A stretch of 64,000 nt of DNA from an uncultured Chthonomonadaceae bacterium (GCA_963817895.1 CAWFQB010000001.1:672001-736000), one strand, 5' to 3'; positions 21,014 to 32,597 are shown, numbered from the stretch's first letter. The notes: a model not told the origin generated them from the letters alone. A program made the numbers and translations.

Positions 21014-22795
21014 TCAGGCGTGAATGGAATGGAACATCAGTACCGTTTTGCCGGTTCCGGGCGCGATCTGATCGCCGTTGGCAAGCTCGCGCGCTTCGGT
21101 TCCAATGGCCTCGCCGTTCACTTTCGTGCCGTGTGTGCTGCGCTGGTCGGTCAGCAGAAATTTGCCGTCCCGGTACACCAGAGTGGCGTGTTTGCGGGAA
21201 ACGCTTTCGTCGTTGAGCAGAATGTCCTGATCTTCGCGGCCCAATCCCATGACGCTGCGCGTGATGGCAAATCGCTGCCCCGCGTCCGGCCCGGAAAGCA
21301 CTTCCAGTTCCGCTCCCAATGTGGCCTGGGTTGCGGGCGCGGGCGTTTTCACCTGCGCGAACGGCATTTCCAGCGCGACAGTCGCGGCGGAACGCGAACC
21401 CTGCGGCGCGGGGGTGGAAGCCAGCGCCGGAACATTCTGCCCGGACGGAACCCCGCCCATTCCCGGCGAAACCGCCGCGCTGTTCACGACCGCCTGCGCC
21501 TGTTCTGAGGGGGCTTGCGGCGCGGGGGAAGACGCGGGGACGCGCAGGGTAATTCGCAGCGTGGACGCGCCGATTTCCAACTGCGACCCCGAATGGGCTT
21601 CCGCCTGCCGATGATGCACCATGCCGCCATCCAGCAGCGACCCGTTCGTACTCTCATCCCGGTATAAAACGCGCCCGTCTACGGTGACGATCAGGCTGCC
21701 ATGTTGGGAAGACACCTCCCCGTCGCGATCCAGCGCGATGCCGTCCTTTACGGCGCGGCCCACGCGCGTTTCGCCGTGCTGAAGCGGGAACTTCTGCCCC
21801 TGATGCGGCCCGGAAATCACCTCCACAGAGCCAACGGAAACAATGGTGCGCGCGGGCATCGCTTTGGAACCGCTTGCCCCCACAGCGGCAGCCCCCGGCG
21901 CAGTCGTAACAACCGTTCCCCCCGGCCCGCCCGAAGCGGGGGCGCGACTGTTGGATGCGGCCCGCAGGCGTTCCGCTTCCTGCCGCGCGGCTTCGGCTTT
22001 GCGGCGCTCCTGCTCGATCTGCTGCTCCACGCCCTGCTTTTGCGCCGCCGCTTTGCTGCGGGCCGTCATCACGATAAAGATGACCGCTGCGGCGGCCAGC
22101 AGCAGCCCCCCGGCCAGCAGCAGCGGGTCTATTTTCATGCCCCCGCCGCTTCCGCCGCCCTCTACGCGCTCCTTGCGAATTTCGCTTAACACGTATTTCG
22201 AGCCTTCACGCACCACGCGGGCGTTCAGAGCATAGGTGGTATGCGCGGCGGTAGAGGGGTAATTGCCGATCACTTCCACTTCCGATTGATCGTTCATGTG
22301 GAAGTTGTAGCGGTTGGTCGTTTGATGATAATCGCCGATAATCCCCTGTACCCGGACTTCCTGATCTTTCATCGGTTTGAGAACATCGTCGCGGACGCTG
22401 TCCAGCGTGGGAACTTCATGCGCGGTATTATCCCCGCCCGTTTTGGATGAGGTTGGTTTCGCGTCGCCGCCTGTCGCCGGCTTGTGTTCGGTTGCGTTAT
22501 GGGAGGTGGAAGCGGTTCCCGCTTGCGCCCCTGCCCGCGCCCCCACGATGGACAACATTCCCAAACAAAGCAGCAGCATGGCCGCAGCCAGCAGGGGCAT
22601 ACGATTGCGCCGGCTTGCGGAATCCGCAAAACGGGTGGGGGCGATGAAATCTCCGGCGGTGAAACCAGAAGGCAACCGCCTGCCGCATAGCCGCGCCTGA
22701 TGGTGAAGGCTCATGGAACGTATCATGGTAGAGTTTCTCCGACATTCCTGCCGCCTACCGCGCGTCGAAATCGCGCGAAGGCAATGAACAGTCAA
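21014..22795 (-). CDS. Membrane protein: exported small beta domain, TM helix, coiled coil, two FHA domains (true start probably downstream of 22795)
   Basis: Signal-like MPLLAAAMLLLCLG; TM; FHA motifs VGR...VSSQH...STNGS and LGR...VSRKHA...STHGTKVNG. Confidence 0.85.
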   Translation of the reverse strand: MTVHCLRAISTRGRRQECRRNSTMIRSMSLHHQARLCGRRLPSGFTAGDFIAPTRFADSASRRNRMPLLAAAMLLLCLGMLSIVGARAGAQAGTASTSHNATEHKPATGGDAKPTSSKTGGDNTAHEVPTLDSVRDDVLKPMKDQEVRVQGIIGDYHQTTNRYNFHMNDQSEVEVIGNYPSTAAHTTYALNARVVREGSKYVLSEIRKERVEGGGSGGGMKIDPLLLAGGLLLAAAAVIFIVMTARSKAAAQKQGVEQQIEQERRKAEAARQEAERLRAASNSRAPASGGPGGTVVTTAPGAAAVGASGSKAMPARTIVSVGSVEVISGPHQGQKFPLQHGETRVGRAVKDGIALDRDGEVSSQHGSLIVTVDGRVLYRDESTNGSLLDGGMVHHRQAEAHSGSQLEIGASTLRITLRVPASSPAPQAPSEQAQAVVNSAAVSPGMGGVPSGQNVPALASTPAPQGSRSAATVALEMPFAQVKTPAPATQATLGAELEVLSGPDAGQRFAITRSVMGLGREDQDILLNDESVSRKHATLVYRDGKFLLTDQRSTHGTKVNGEAIGTEARELANGDQIAPGTGKTVLMFHSIHA

Positions 22796-22817
22796 AATAG
22801 ATAATGAAAGCGAATTA

Positions 22818-25162
22818 TCAGTCGTGCGTTCGATCCCGCGCTGCCAGCGTCAAATACACAGCCGCCCCGGTTCCGCCCACCATTGCCATTAACACGCACA
22901 GCGCGACAAGGGGCGAGGTATGGAACACATCCTGCGTCTGAGAACCCAGTCCCACATCCCGCCAGCGGTCCGCCACGTTCGCGCTTCCGCACAGTCCGCC
23001 ATACGCCCAGCGCATGCTGTTCAGGCCAGCGATTGCGACGAACAGCGCGTTCATCTGTTCCAGTGGAATCAGGCCGGAGAAAATCACCTGCATCAGCAGG
23101 ATCAGGGCCACAAGGGTTATCGCCTGATCGGGCGACGAGGCGCCGCGCCGACACCCACAGACCCATCAGGACGGACATAAAGGAACCGGCGGCCAGAATG
23201 GAAAATAGCAGCAGCATCCGGGGGGCGTCCAGATGAAAATCAATTTTCAGGCACACCGCCGCCAGCAAAAACAGACTCTGGAGTACGGCCACAATGCCTA
23301 AAACCACCATTTTGGAGCCGATGTACGGCCCGATTTGCAGGGCGACATGCCGTTCCCGATGGTAGATGGCCTTTTCTTTCACAATTTCACGGCAGGCGTT
23401 GCACAGTCCGAAGCAGGTCATGCTCAACGCCAGCAAAAACAGCAGGCGCGGGGCGTCCTGAACGGGAAAATTGCCTTTGCTATCCGCCGTCTGCGCGGAA
23501 GCGAACGTGTCCGCCTTGAAGAGGAAGGCCACGATCAGGGCGACCAGAGGAACCTGCGCCATCCAGATTGCCAGATTGCGGGTGTCGCTGCGGATCACCT
23601 CCAGGTAACGGCAGGTGAGCGCGCTTAATTGCCGCCATGCGGATTGTCGCGGGCGTGACGGCAGCAGGCGCGGCAAGGCTGCGCCCGCAGTCGAACCCGA
23701 ACCGGCAAACGGCGAAGAAGCCGCATCCAGATAAGGAGATTTGCTTCCCCTCGCGATGCTCAGGGTGGCAGAGCCGGTGGCATTGAGCAGGTCGTACACC
23801 GCCGCGTAATCGGCAACGCCGAAAAAGCGGGGCGCTTCGCGGGGCGGGCCGCAGTACGCCAGCCTGCCGCCCCGCGCCATCCAGATCACCTTGTCGTACT
23901 CTTCCAGCGTTTGAACGGAGTGCGTCACCGTAATAATGGTTCGGCCCTCCCTGGCGAGCGTCCGTAATTGCTGCGTGACGCGCCGTTCCAGGCCCGCGTC
24001 CAGCCCGGTTGTCGGCTCGTCGAGAAACAGGATACTCGGACGAGTCAGCAATTCCACGCCGATGTTGACGCGCTTGCGCTCGCCGCCGCTCAGGGTCCGT
24101 ATCAGGCTGCTCCGCCGGTGTTCCAGTTCCAGTTCCGTCAGGGTTCGGGCGATCATGCGCTCGATTTCGGCTGCCGGGGTGTCCTGGGGCAGCCGGAGCA
24201 GCGCGGCATAGCGCAGCGCGCTTTCTACCGTCAGTTCCCCATGCACGATGTCGGCCTGCGGCACATAACCAATGGCGGTACGGAACAGATCGGGCGCGTC
24301 GTAGAAGTCAATGCCGTTGAGCAGCACCTGCCCCGATGTGGCGGGCTGATAGCCGTTGAGCGCCAGCAGGAGGGTGGTCTTCCCGGCCCCGCTCGCGCCC
24401 ACAATGGCAACGAGTTCGCGGGGATGAATGGTCAGCGAAACATCTTCCAGCAGGGTCAGCGCCTGCCCGTCCTTGCGAACGGTTCGCGTCAGGTTCCGGG
24501 CGTCCAGTCGAATCTGCCCCGTCTCATCATCAACAGCGACGTTCTGGTCGCCGAGATGAAAGCGATTCAGTCCGATGCGAACGCGGTCGTCCCGGCCTAC
24601 AAAGGCTCTGGTCACGCGCTGTTCGTTCAGAAACGTGCCGTTTGTGCTGCCCAGGTCTTCCAGCAGCCAGCCAGCCGCTTCGCGAGTTCAGGCGCGCGTG
24701 ACGCCAGGAGACGCCGGACGTGTCCAAAACCACATCACTGGCCGGGTCGCGCCCTATCAGCAGGCTTTGCCCCGCGCTGATACGGGCGCAGGGCAGCGTC
24801 AATGTGCGCCCGTTTCCCCCATCCGCCCGTTGTCCGGCGGCTTGTAAGTCCGGTTCCGAAGGCAACGCCCTGTCTGCGCGGCACACCAGACAGGCATCGC
24901 CAATGGTCAGGGTATCCGAAGGCGCAAGCGTGGCGGCGGTATGAGGCGGAAGCATGGCATGGTTGTGCCAGGTTCCGTTTGTGGAGCCGGAATCCATCAC
25001 GGTGTAGTGGCCGTTTCGGACTTCAATGCAGGCGTGATTCCATGAGACGCCGTTTTGCGCCAGACACAATTCGCATGCCGGGTCGCGCCCGATGCGCAGG
25101 CCCGCCGGAGGAATTTCGCGGCATTGCGCTTGCAGCGCGTCATCTTGCCATTGAAGGTACAT
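22818..25162 (-). CDS. FHA-FHA-ABC ATPase-ABC2 permease fusion, Rv1747-like (frameshifts near 24670 and 23140)
   Basis: Two FHA domains; GASGAGKT, LSGGERKR, FLDEPTTGLD; permease segment REIVKEKAIYHRER. Confidence 0.9.
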
Positions 25163-25211
25163 AGGAAATGCCTGTATCGAAAATAGCCGTACTTGCAGGA
25201 AAAGCGCTAAC

Positions 25212-26271
25212 TCAACAGAAACTTATCGCAAATTGGCCGGCAGCCAGGCCATCGCTTTTGGACGCTTTCACTCCGAATATGGATTTCGCGGGAACCTCGG
25301 AAGATTTAATCTCTGTTCTCTGATAAGCATGGCGGCGCTGACCCGCCCAGCCACGATCATCGCGTCCTGTGTCTATTGCGCCCCGCGCTTTCAGGAGCCG
25401 CGCGATTTTTGAATATTTTGACTGGTTGGCGATATGCAGGGGCGTGCCGCCGATTTCATGGCAGAAGCCGCCGGGTATCATGCGCTTTGTGCCGATGAAA
25501 CTTTCGGGATTCAGCTTCACATGCTTTCTCAGCAGCATTTCAACGATGGGCAGGCTTTCTGCTCGGACTGCCGCGTGAAGAGGCGTCTCTCCGTATTCGT
25601 TCGCGAAGTTTACGTTTGCGCCGCTCTCTATCAGGACGCCGCGCCGTTTCCACCTTGCCGGACGCGCAGGCGTAATACAGCGGCGTGGCGTTGTCATAAC
25701 CGCCTGTCAAATTCAAGCGCACGCCGTATTGGATCAGCAGTGCCGCCATCCCCGCGCCTCCCTGTTCGCCGACAAAATGAAGTGGCGTCTGATTCCAGCG
25801 AGTTTGCTGCGAGTTGACATTCGCGCCATGCTGAATGAGCAAGCGGGCAATCTCCAGATGTCCTGTTTGCGCGGCCCAGTGCAGCGGCGTGCCGGTCATG
25901 CCATCGTCGGAAATCAGACAGCCGCCATTACGGGTATCGTTAACCGCATCTACTTTGCTGCCTGCCAGCAGCAACAGTTTGACGGCTTCGATACTGCCGC
26001 CGAACACGGCCCCGTGCAAGGGAGTTCGGCGTCTTTCATCGGTTTCATTCACATTGGAACCGGCGGCAATCAGTTTTTTCACCTCCGGGGCCTTGCCGGC
26101 AAAAGCCGCATCATACAAAGGGATGCCATTGCCTTTGGGAGCATGCGCCGATATAAACTCACTGGCGCTGAAATCGTCTGCCTGCGCCGGCGGCACGCGC
26201 CACGCGCTGAAAACGGCCAGGCAGGTGATGGCGCAAACCACAACAAACACTCGTGAGCGGCAGAGAATCAT
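25212..26271 (-). CDS. Secreted ankyrin-repeat protein (frameshift near 25640), first gene of the leftward operon
   Basis: Signal peptide; repeated TPLH.A...G..E..KLL...GANVN motifs. Confidence 0.9.
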
Positions 26272-26370
26272 GGCGGCAGCCTTTGAATACAGAACGAGAA
26301 CAGAAAGCGGAGGAGAGGCTGGACTGAGGCTCGACAGGAAGCGACAGGAGTGAAAGCCAATTATTCAGCC

Positions 26371-26416
26371 ATCTTAACACGTTTGCATGAACGCCTGCAT
26401 GACAGTTACATGACAA
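26371..26416 (-). promoter_or_regulatory. Putative SARP/OmpR-type direct-repeat operator plus -10 element for the leftward operon
   Basis: Minus strand: TGTCATG-TAAC-TGTCATG-CAGGC-GTTCATG-N9-TAAGAT. Confidence 0.55.
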
Positions 26417-26508
26417 ACGCGGAAATCAACAGGAATTTACGCGCGAAAGGAGTAATATTTTAGTTGGTTGGTCGCGCTGTAGATCGAAACGCTGAACGGA
26501 GAGCAAGC

Positions 26509-28320
26509 ATGCCCGCGATTTCGGAGAATGGGAAGCCTGTCGGAGCGTCATTATGTATCCAACTGTTCGGAGGGCTGGAGGTAAGCCGGAACGGTCAGCC
26601 CCTGCGCGGCCTACAGGATCGGCAGGGTGAACGTTTGCTGGCGTACCTTGCCCTGCGCAAAGGCCGAAGCGTTGCCAGCGCCACGCTTGCGGGCGTGTTC
26701 TGGCCCGCTACCGAGAGTCTGGACAGCCTGCGCCAGGCATTGCTGCATTTACGGCGCGTGTTGGGCGAGGAGGCGGGACGGCTGGAAACCGCGCGGGGCG
26801 TGGTCAGCCTGAATCTAGAGGGGGCATGGGTGGATGTGGACGCCTTTGACGCCGCCATTGCCGACAATACGCCGGACGCGCTGCGCCATGCCGTAGATAT
26901 TTACCGGGGGCCGCTGCTGGACGGATGGGCGGAAAACTGGCTGGATAAGGAGCGCAAGAAACGCGCGGAGGCGTATGTCGAAGCGCTGTACGCGCTTGCC
27001 CAACACGCCCTGAGCGCGTCGGATTACCGCCTGGCCGCGAATTGCCTGCATAAATACGCCCGCTGCCGTCCCGGCCATGAGCGCGGCTGGCTGGAATGGA
27101 TGCAGGCGCTGCATAAAAGCGGCGAACGCCTGGCCGCTCTGGAAGTGTATCATAAATACCGCGACTATCTGAACCGCACCCATAACCTTGTCCCGCCGCT
27201 CGACATGACTGCGCTTTACCATGACATTCAGGCGGGCGAATTGCCCGCAATTGCGGCTGTCGCCCCCACACCCGGCGGCGTTGCCGATTCCGACGCGGAA
27301 GAGACTATCGGCGGGGCCATGCCGCTGAAATCGCCGTTTTACGTGTCGCGTCCCATTGACGCGCAGTTTCAGGCCGCTATCGCCCATCAGGAGAGCATCG
27401 CGCTGGTCAAAGGGGCGCGGCAGACAGGCAAATCTTCGCTGCTGGCGCGCGGGCTGCATCACGCCCGCAAGCGCGGCGCAGCCGTCGTGATGGTCAGTTT
27501 TGAAACGTTCAGCGAACAGGATTTACACTCGATGGAGGCGGTCTGCCTGCGGCTGATTACCTGCCTGTCGGACGCGCTCGATCTGGAATTTACCCCCGCA
27601 GTGGACTGGAATCCCCTGCTTGGCCCCAATGTGAACCTGGAGCGGTATCTGCTGCGGCGCGTGATGACCGCGATTTCCGCGCCGCTTGTCTGTGGGCTGG
27701 ACGAATTGGACCGCCTGTTCGCGCGCCCCTTCAGCGGCGAATTCTTCTCCATGCTCCGGTCGTGGCACGAAAAACGGGCGTTTGAGCCGACAAAGCCCTG
27801 GAAGCGGCTGACGCTGGCGCTTACCTGCGCGACGGAAGCCCACCTGTACATCGCGGATGTGAACAAATCGCCGTTCAATGTGGGCGCGCGGCTGATGCTC
27901 AACGATTTTACGCTGTCCGAAGTGGAGGAGCTGAACCGCTGTTACGGCCTGCTCCTGAACCCGGAAGAGCTGTCGGCGTTTTTTGAATTGACGGGCGGGC
28001 ATCCCTACCTGACCCGGCTTGGCCTGCGCGAAATGGCGCGCAGGGAACCGCCCCGCGTAGGCGATGTGGCCCAACTGGAAGCCTGCGCCCTGCGCCCCGA
28101 CAGCCCGTTCGGAGATCACCTGCGCCGACTGGAAACGCTTCTGGAAGAGTCGCCTGCGCTGCGGCAGGCGACTGCCGATGTTCTGCTTGGACGCTCCTGC
28201 GCGGAAGAGAGTTTCCTGCGCCTGCGCAGCGGGGGGATTCTGCGCGGCGAAGACAGGGAACACGCGCTCCTGCGCTGCCGCCTGTACGAAGCCTACTTGA
28301 GAAAGCAAATGCGCCTGTGA
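26509..28320 (+). CDS. SARP-family (wHTH + BTAD) regulator fused to an AAA_35 STAND-like NTPase
   Basis: IQLFGGLEV, LLAYLAL, WVDVDAF, YRGPLLDGW; then GGAMPLKSPFYVSR, GARQTGKSSLL, LDELD, SPFNVG, TGGHPYL. Confidence 0.9.
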   Translation: MPAISENGKPVGASLCIQLFGGLEVSRNGQPLRGLQDRQGERLLAYLALRKGRSVASATLAGVFWPATESLDSLRQALLHLRRVLGEEAGRLETARGVVSLNLEGAWVDVDAFDAAIADNTPDALRHAVDIYRGPLLDGWAENWLDKERKKRAEAYVEALYALAQHALSASDYRLAANCLHKYARCRPGHERGWLEWMQALHKSGERLAALEVYHKYRDYLNRTHNLVPPLDMTALYHDIQAGELPAIAAVAPTPGGVADSDAEETIGGAMPLKSPFYVSRPIDAQFQAAIAHQESIALVKGARQTGKSSLLARGLHHARKRGAAVVMVSFETFSEQDLHSMEAVCLRLITCLSDALDLEFTPAVDWNPLLGPNVNLERYLLRRVMTAISAPLVCGLDELDRLFARPFSGEFFSMLRSWHEKRAFEPTKPWKRLTLALTCATEAHLYIADVNKSPFNVGARLMLNDFTLSEVEELNRCYGLLLNPEELSAFFELTGGHPYLTRLGLREMARREPPRVGDVAQLEACALRPDSPFGDHLRRLETLLEESPALRQATADVLLGRSCAEESFLRLRSGGILRGEDREHALLRCRLYEAYLRKQMRL

Positions 28321-31300
28321 ACCGCAACATCAATAGTCCGCCGCCCGCTTCTGCCGCCGCTTTGTCGCTGCCTGAACCCTGTTCCCCGGCAGCGGACAGC
28401 CGCGCTGCGATAGCAGACAGCCGCGCTACGGGAGAAATGCCCGCCGTCGCTTTGCCGCCGTTCTACGTTACGGGCGGCTCCCTGCCCGAAGACGCCTGCT
28501 CCTACGTGGAACGGCAGGCGGACCGCGACCTTCTCACGGCGTTACGGGCGGGACAATTCTGCTATGTGCTGGATTCGCGGCAGGTGGGGAAATCCTCGCT
28601 GATGGTGCGCGCGGCGGCCAAACTGCGGGCGGAAAACTGGCGCGTGGCGGTGCTGGATTTAAGCGCGTGCGGCCAGAATGTTTCGCCGGAACAGTGGTAT
28701 TTCGGCATGTTATTCGCCATCGGGGATCAGCTGCATATCGAGGACGAACTGGAAGCCTTCTGGGGAAAACACGCCGGACTGGGCCTCGTGCAGCGCTGGA
28801 TAGAGGCGGTCGGGCAGGTCGCGCTGGCGCAATCGTCCGAACCGCTGGTGATCTTTATTGACGAGATTGACGCGGTGAAAAGCCTGCCGTTTTCCGCAGA
28901 CGAGTTCTTTGCAGCCATTCGCGAATGTTACAACCGTCGGACGCGGGACAGCGCGTTTACGCGCCTTTCGTTTTGCCTGATCGGGGTGGCAACGCCCTCG
29001 GAACTGATTCAGAACCCGCACACGACTCCGTTCAACATCGGACAGCGGATCGCGTTGCTGGATTTCAGCGAAGCCGAAGCCGCGCCGCTTGCTGTGGGGT
29101 TGAGCGCGGGGTCGGGACACGGCGCGGCCCTGCTGGGGCGCGTTTTGCAATGGACAGGTGGGCATCCGTATTTAACTCAGATATTGTGCCGGTATCTGGC
29201 GGAACAAAACAGCCTGCATACTATCAAAGACGTGGATCAAGCCTGCCATACGCTATTCCTGACCCGGCAGGCGCGAGAAACCAACGACAACCTGACGTTT
29301 GTGCGCAAGCGCCTGTTGGGGGATTGCGTTTCGGACGCGCAGATCGCCGAAATGCTCCACTGCTACCGCCGGGTGTTACGCGGGCGCGGCAAAATCCTGA
29401 ACGATCCAACCGATCCGCTTGTCACTACGCTGCTGTTGTGTGGACTTGCGCGGGCCGTGACGTATGAGCCGGAAAGCGCGCTGCGCGTCCGCAATCGGAT
29501 TTACGCGCGGGTTTTCAATGAACAATGGGTACTCGACACCCTGCCGGACGCCGAGCGGCGACGCCTGCGCGCGGCGATACGGCGGGATGTGGCGCGGGCT
29601 TCGATTTCGTGGCTGACCGCCGCGCTTGCGCTGGCGATTGCGTCCTGGCAGTTTGCTGTTGCTCGCAATGCCGCGCAACAGGCCGCGCAGAGTCGGGATC
29701 AGGTGCAGCAGAACCGCGTGGCAATGGAGGAGCAGCGCGCAAAAATCGCAGGGTATCAGCAGAATATAATGAGTTTAAGGCAGCAAAAAAACGAAACTCA
29801 AAAAGTTGCTGAAATGGTAGGAATTGCAAGGCAGCAGGCGGAACGCCGCCGGGAACAGGTGGAACGCGACTCGAAGCGCGTTAAAACCGACGCGGATAAA
29901 TCTATTCGAGAAGCGATTACCGCGACACGGGCGGCGAATGCCAGAGAACAGGCTGCGACGCGGCGCGCCTCCCTGGCGGAAACACGCGCCGATAAAGCGC
30001 GTCAGGTACAACAGCAACTACTCCCCGAAGCGGGGGACGCAATGCTGGCAGGCGAACTGACGACCCATCCCGGACATGAAATTGACGGCCTGCGGCTTGC
30101 CGCCCGTACTATCGAAACTGTAGAAAAAGCAGCATCGCGCGCCGGCCCGGTACGCCGTTCAAGCGCTCGTGGACGCGGTGGCGGTGGGCAAATTTCGCCT
30201 GATGCGCCTGATGCAGGAGGGCGCGGTGATTACCGCCCGCTATTCGCCCGACGACGCCCGGATTCTCACGGCGGGAACGGATCGCTACGCCTACCTGTGG
30301 GACGCGCATACCGGCAAACTGCTGCAAAAAATCGCGGCCCAACCCATTCCTGACAATCAGCAAAGCAATCAAAAATTATCCAACATAAACTCTGCGGAAT
30401 TCTCTTTTGATGGCAAGAATATCCTTACAGCGGGAGATGATAAAACGGTACGCATCTGGGATGCCACAGATCCGCGGCCAATGGTAGAAAAGCCACTCCT
30501 GACGCTGAAACAAGCCTGGACTCCTCAATTCAATGCCTCCTTTTCTCGCGATGGCAAATATCTCGTAACATCTGGCCCCGGCAAATACGCAAGCATCTGG
30601 GATTTGCAGACACGACAGATAGCGCATATACTGAAACCGGCCAACCAACAGGCGGATTATGTCTGGTCTGTTGCTTTTTCAGACGACAATAAGCATGTCG
30701 TGACAGCCGGGCAAGATGGGACTGTCAATGTATGGGATGTCGCAACCGGTTTGCAGCAGGCTGATTTCCGTCGGCACCACGGCCCTGTATTGTCCGCCAT
30801 TTTCAACCGATGGGGAAACGTGGTCATTTCCACCGGGACGGACAAGACCGTTCAATCCTGGAACTGGACGGACCCGAATACTTATGAACGTTACCGCGAT
30901 TATGTGGGGCATCGCGACTGGGTCTGGTCAGCGGCGCGTTCGCGAACCGGGGATGTCAACTATCTGGCGACCTGCGGCAGGGACGGAAATATCTTCATCT
31001 GGAACTTTGATCGGGACATCGCGCCGCTGTATACCATTGATACCCATGCCGGAACCGTGTACGACGCGCAGTTTTCCGGGGATAACACCCGCCTGGTCAC
31101 GGCGGGCAGCGACCATATTTCGGAAGTGTGGTATTTCCCCATTCCCATTCTGTTGGGCCTGGGGAGCCATATTACGCATGTGGAGTTTTCGCCGGATGGG
31201 GCGCATACGCTGGTTTCCAGCGCGGACGGGCATGTTTATCAGGGAAGCATCCATGCGGGAACCGGCCAACTGCGTTTCGATGGGGATGGTCGGTCGGTTT

Positions 31301-32142
31301 TCTGCGCCGGTTACTCCCCGGATGGGAAGCGGATTGCTGCCGCAGGCGCAAACAACCTCCCGCGCATCTGGATTCCGCAGCCGGCTATCAGCGCGCAAGA
31401 CGGATACTTTCAAGAGTTGAAGGGCCATTCCAAAGAGGTTTACAGCATCGCCTTTTCCTCCGATGGTTCGCAGGTGATTACCGCCAGCGCGGACGGCGCG
31501 GCGAGAATATGGGACGCGCTGACAGGAACCTGCCTGCAAACCCTCAACGCCGACGCGGGACCCGTCCTCTACGGCGCTCTTTCGGGCGACAAAAAGACCG
31601 CGCTGACCGCCGGCAGGGACGGTTCGGCCCGCCTGTGGGACGCGCGAACCAAAACCGTCCTGCATACCTTCACGCCCGCCCGGTCTGTCGGCAGGAGCGG
31701 CAAGCCCCCTTCCGATTACCCCAATACGGCTGTTTTTTCCCCGGACGCCCGGCATGTACTGACTGCCGACACGAACCATCAGGCGTACCTGTGGGATGTA
31801 AAAACGGGGCAGATGGAGGCTGTGTTGAGCGGGCATACGGACAGCGTTCAATCCGCCTGTTTTTCTCATGACGGGAAGCGTATCGTTACGGCCAGCCGGG
31901 ATCAAACCCTGCGGCTATGGGATGTGCAGGCGGTATTGCAGGCGGGCAGGTCGAAACAAACGCCCGTGCCGCTGTTTCACATCAACGTCGGCGGCAGGGG
32001 CGCGATGTCCGCCTGTTTTTCCCCGGATGGCCGGCAGATTCTTGTCGGCTGCTACGATGGCACGTCCAAACTGTACCCGGCAACGCTGACCGCCTTCCTT
32101 CACAAAGCCCACGAGATACTACAGCAAGTTCCCCCGCCGTAA
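28317..32142 (+). CDS. AAA_35 NTPase - TM - coiled coil - WD40 propeller protein (frameshift near 30130-30170)
   Basis: GGSL...YVERQAD, SRQVGKSSL, FIDEID, TPFNIG, GGHPYLTQ, VRNRIY; hydrophobic segment; many GH...WD repeats. Confidence 0.9.
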
Positions 32143-32303
32143 TAGAAACGAAACAGCGCTATCGGCTGCCCTGCCCCTTAACAGTCCGTCTCTACACACT
32201 GAAAATGAGATTATTGAAAAAATTTTGCCTCGTCTTTACATTCTTACGGCTATGGGGTAACATGCTTTTAGCATCTTATTAGATGTGTAAGGAGGCATCA
32301 TCC

Positions 32304-32597
32304 ATGATCAACCTGAGCCGAGACATACAATCGCTTACGGACTTCAAACGCAACACCAACGATTTTGTAAAGCAGATGCAGGAGACGAAAGCGCCTGTTG
32401 TGCTGACCGTCAACGGCAAAGCTACGCTGGTTGTGCATGACGCGGAAAGCTACCAATCTTTGTTGGAGCGCGTAGCGCAAGCGGATGTTATTGAAGGCAT
32501 CCGGCGCGGTTTGGAGCAAATGGAGCGCGGCGAAGGACGCCCCGCCGACGAAGTGTTTGCCGAGTTCCGCGCCAAACATGGTATTCCCAATGGCTAA
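32304..32597 (+). CDS. Phd/YefM family antitoxin
   Basis: DIQSLTDFKRN...PVVLTVNGKA.LVV.DAESYQ; AAGGAGG RBS. Confidence 0.9.
   Translation: MINLSRDIQSLTDFKRNTNDFVKQMQETKAPVVLTVNGKATLVVHDAESYQSLLERVAQADVIEGIRRGLEQMERGEGRPADEVFAEFRAKHGIPNG

Noticed and set aside
10571..26271. Kinase/PP2C/FHA cluster as a type VI secretion locus
   Set aside because: No Hcp, VgrG, sheath, baseplate, TssLM or ClpV genes are recognisable in the window.
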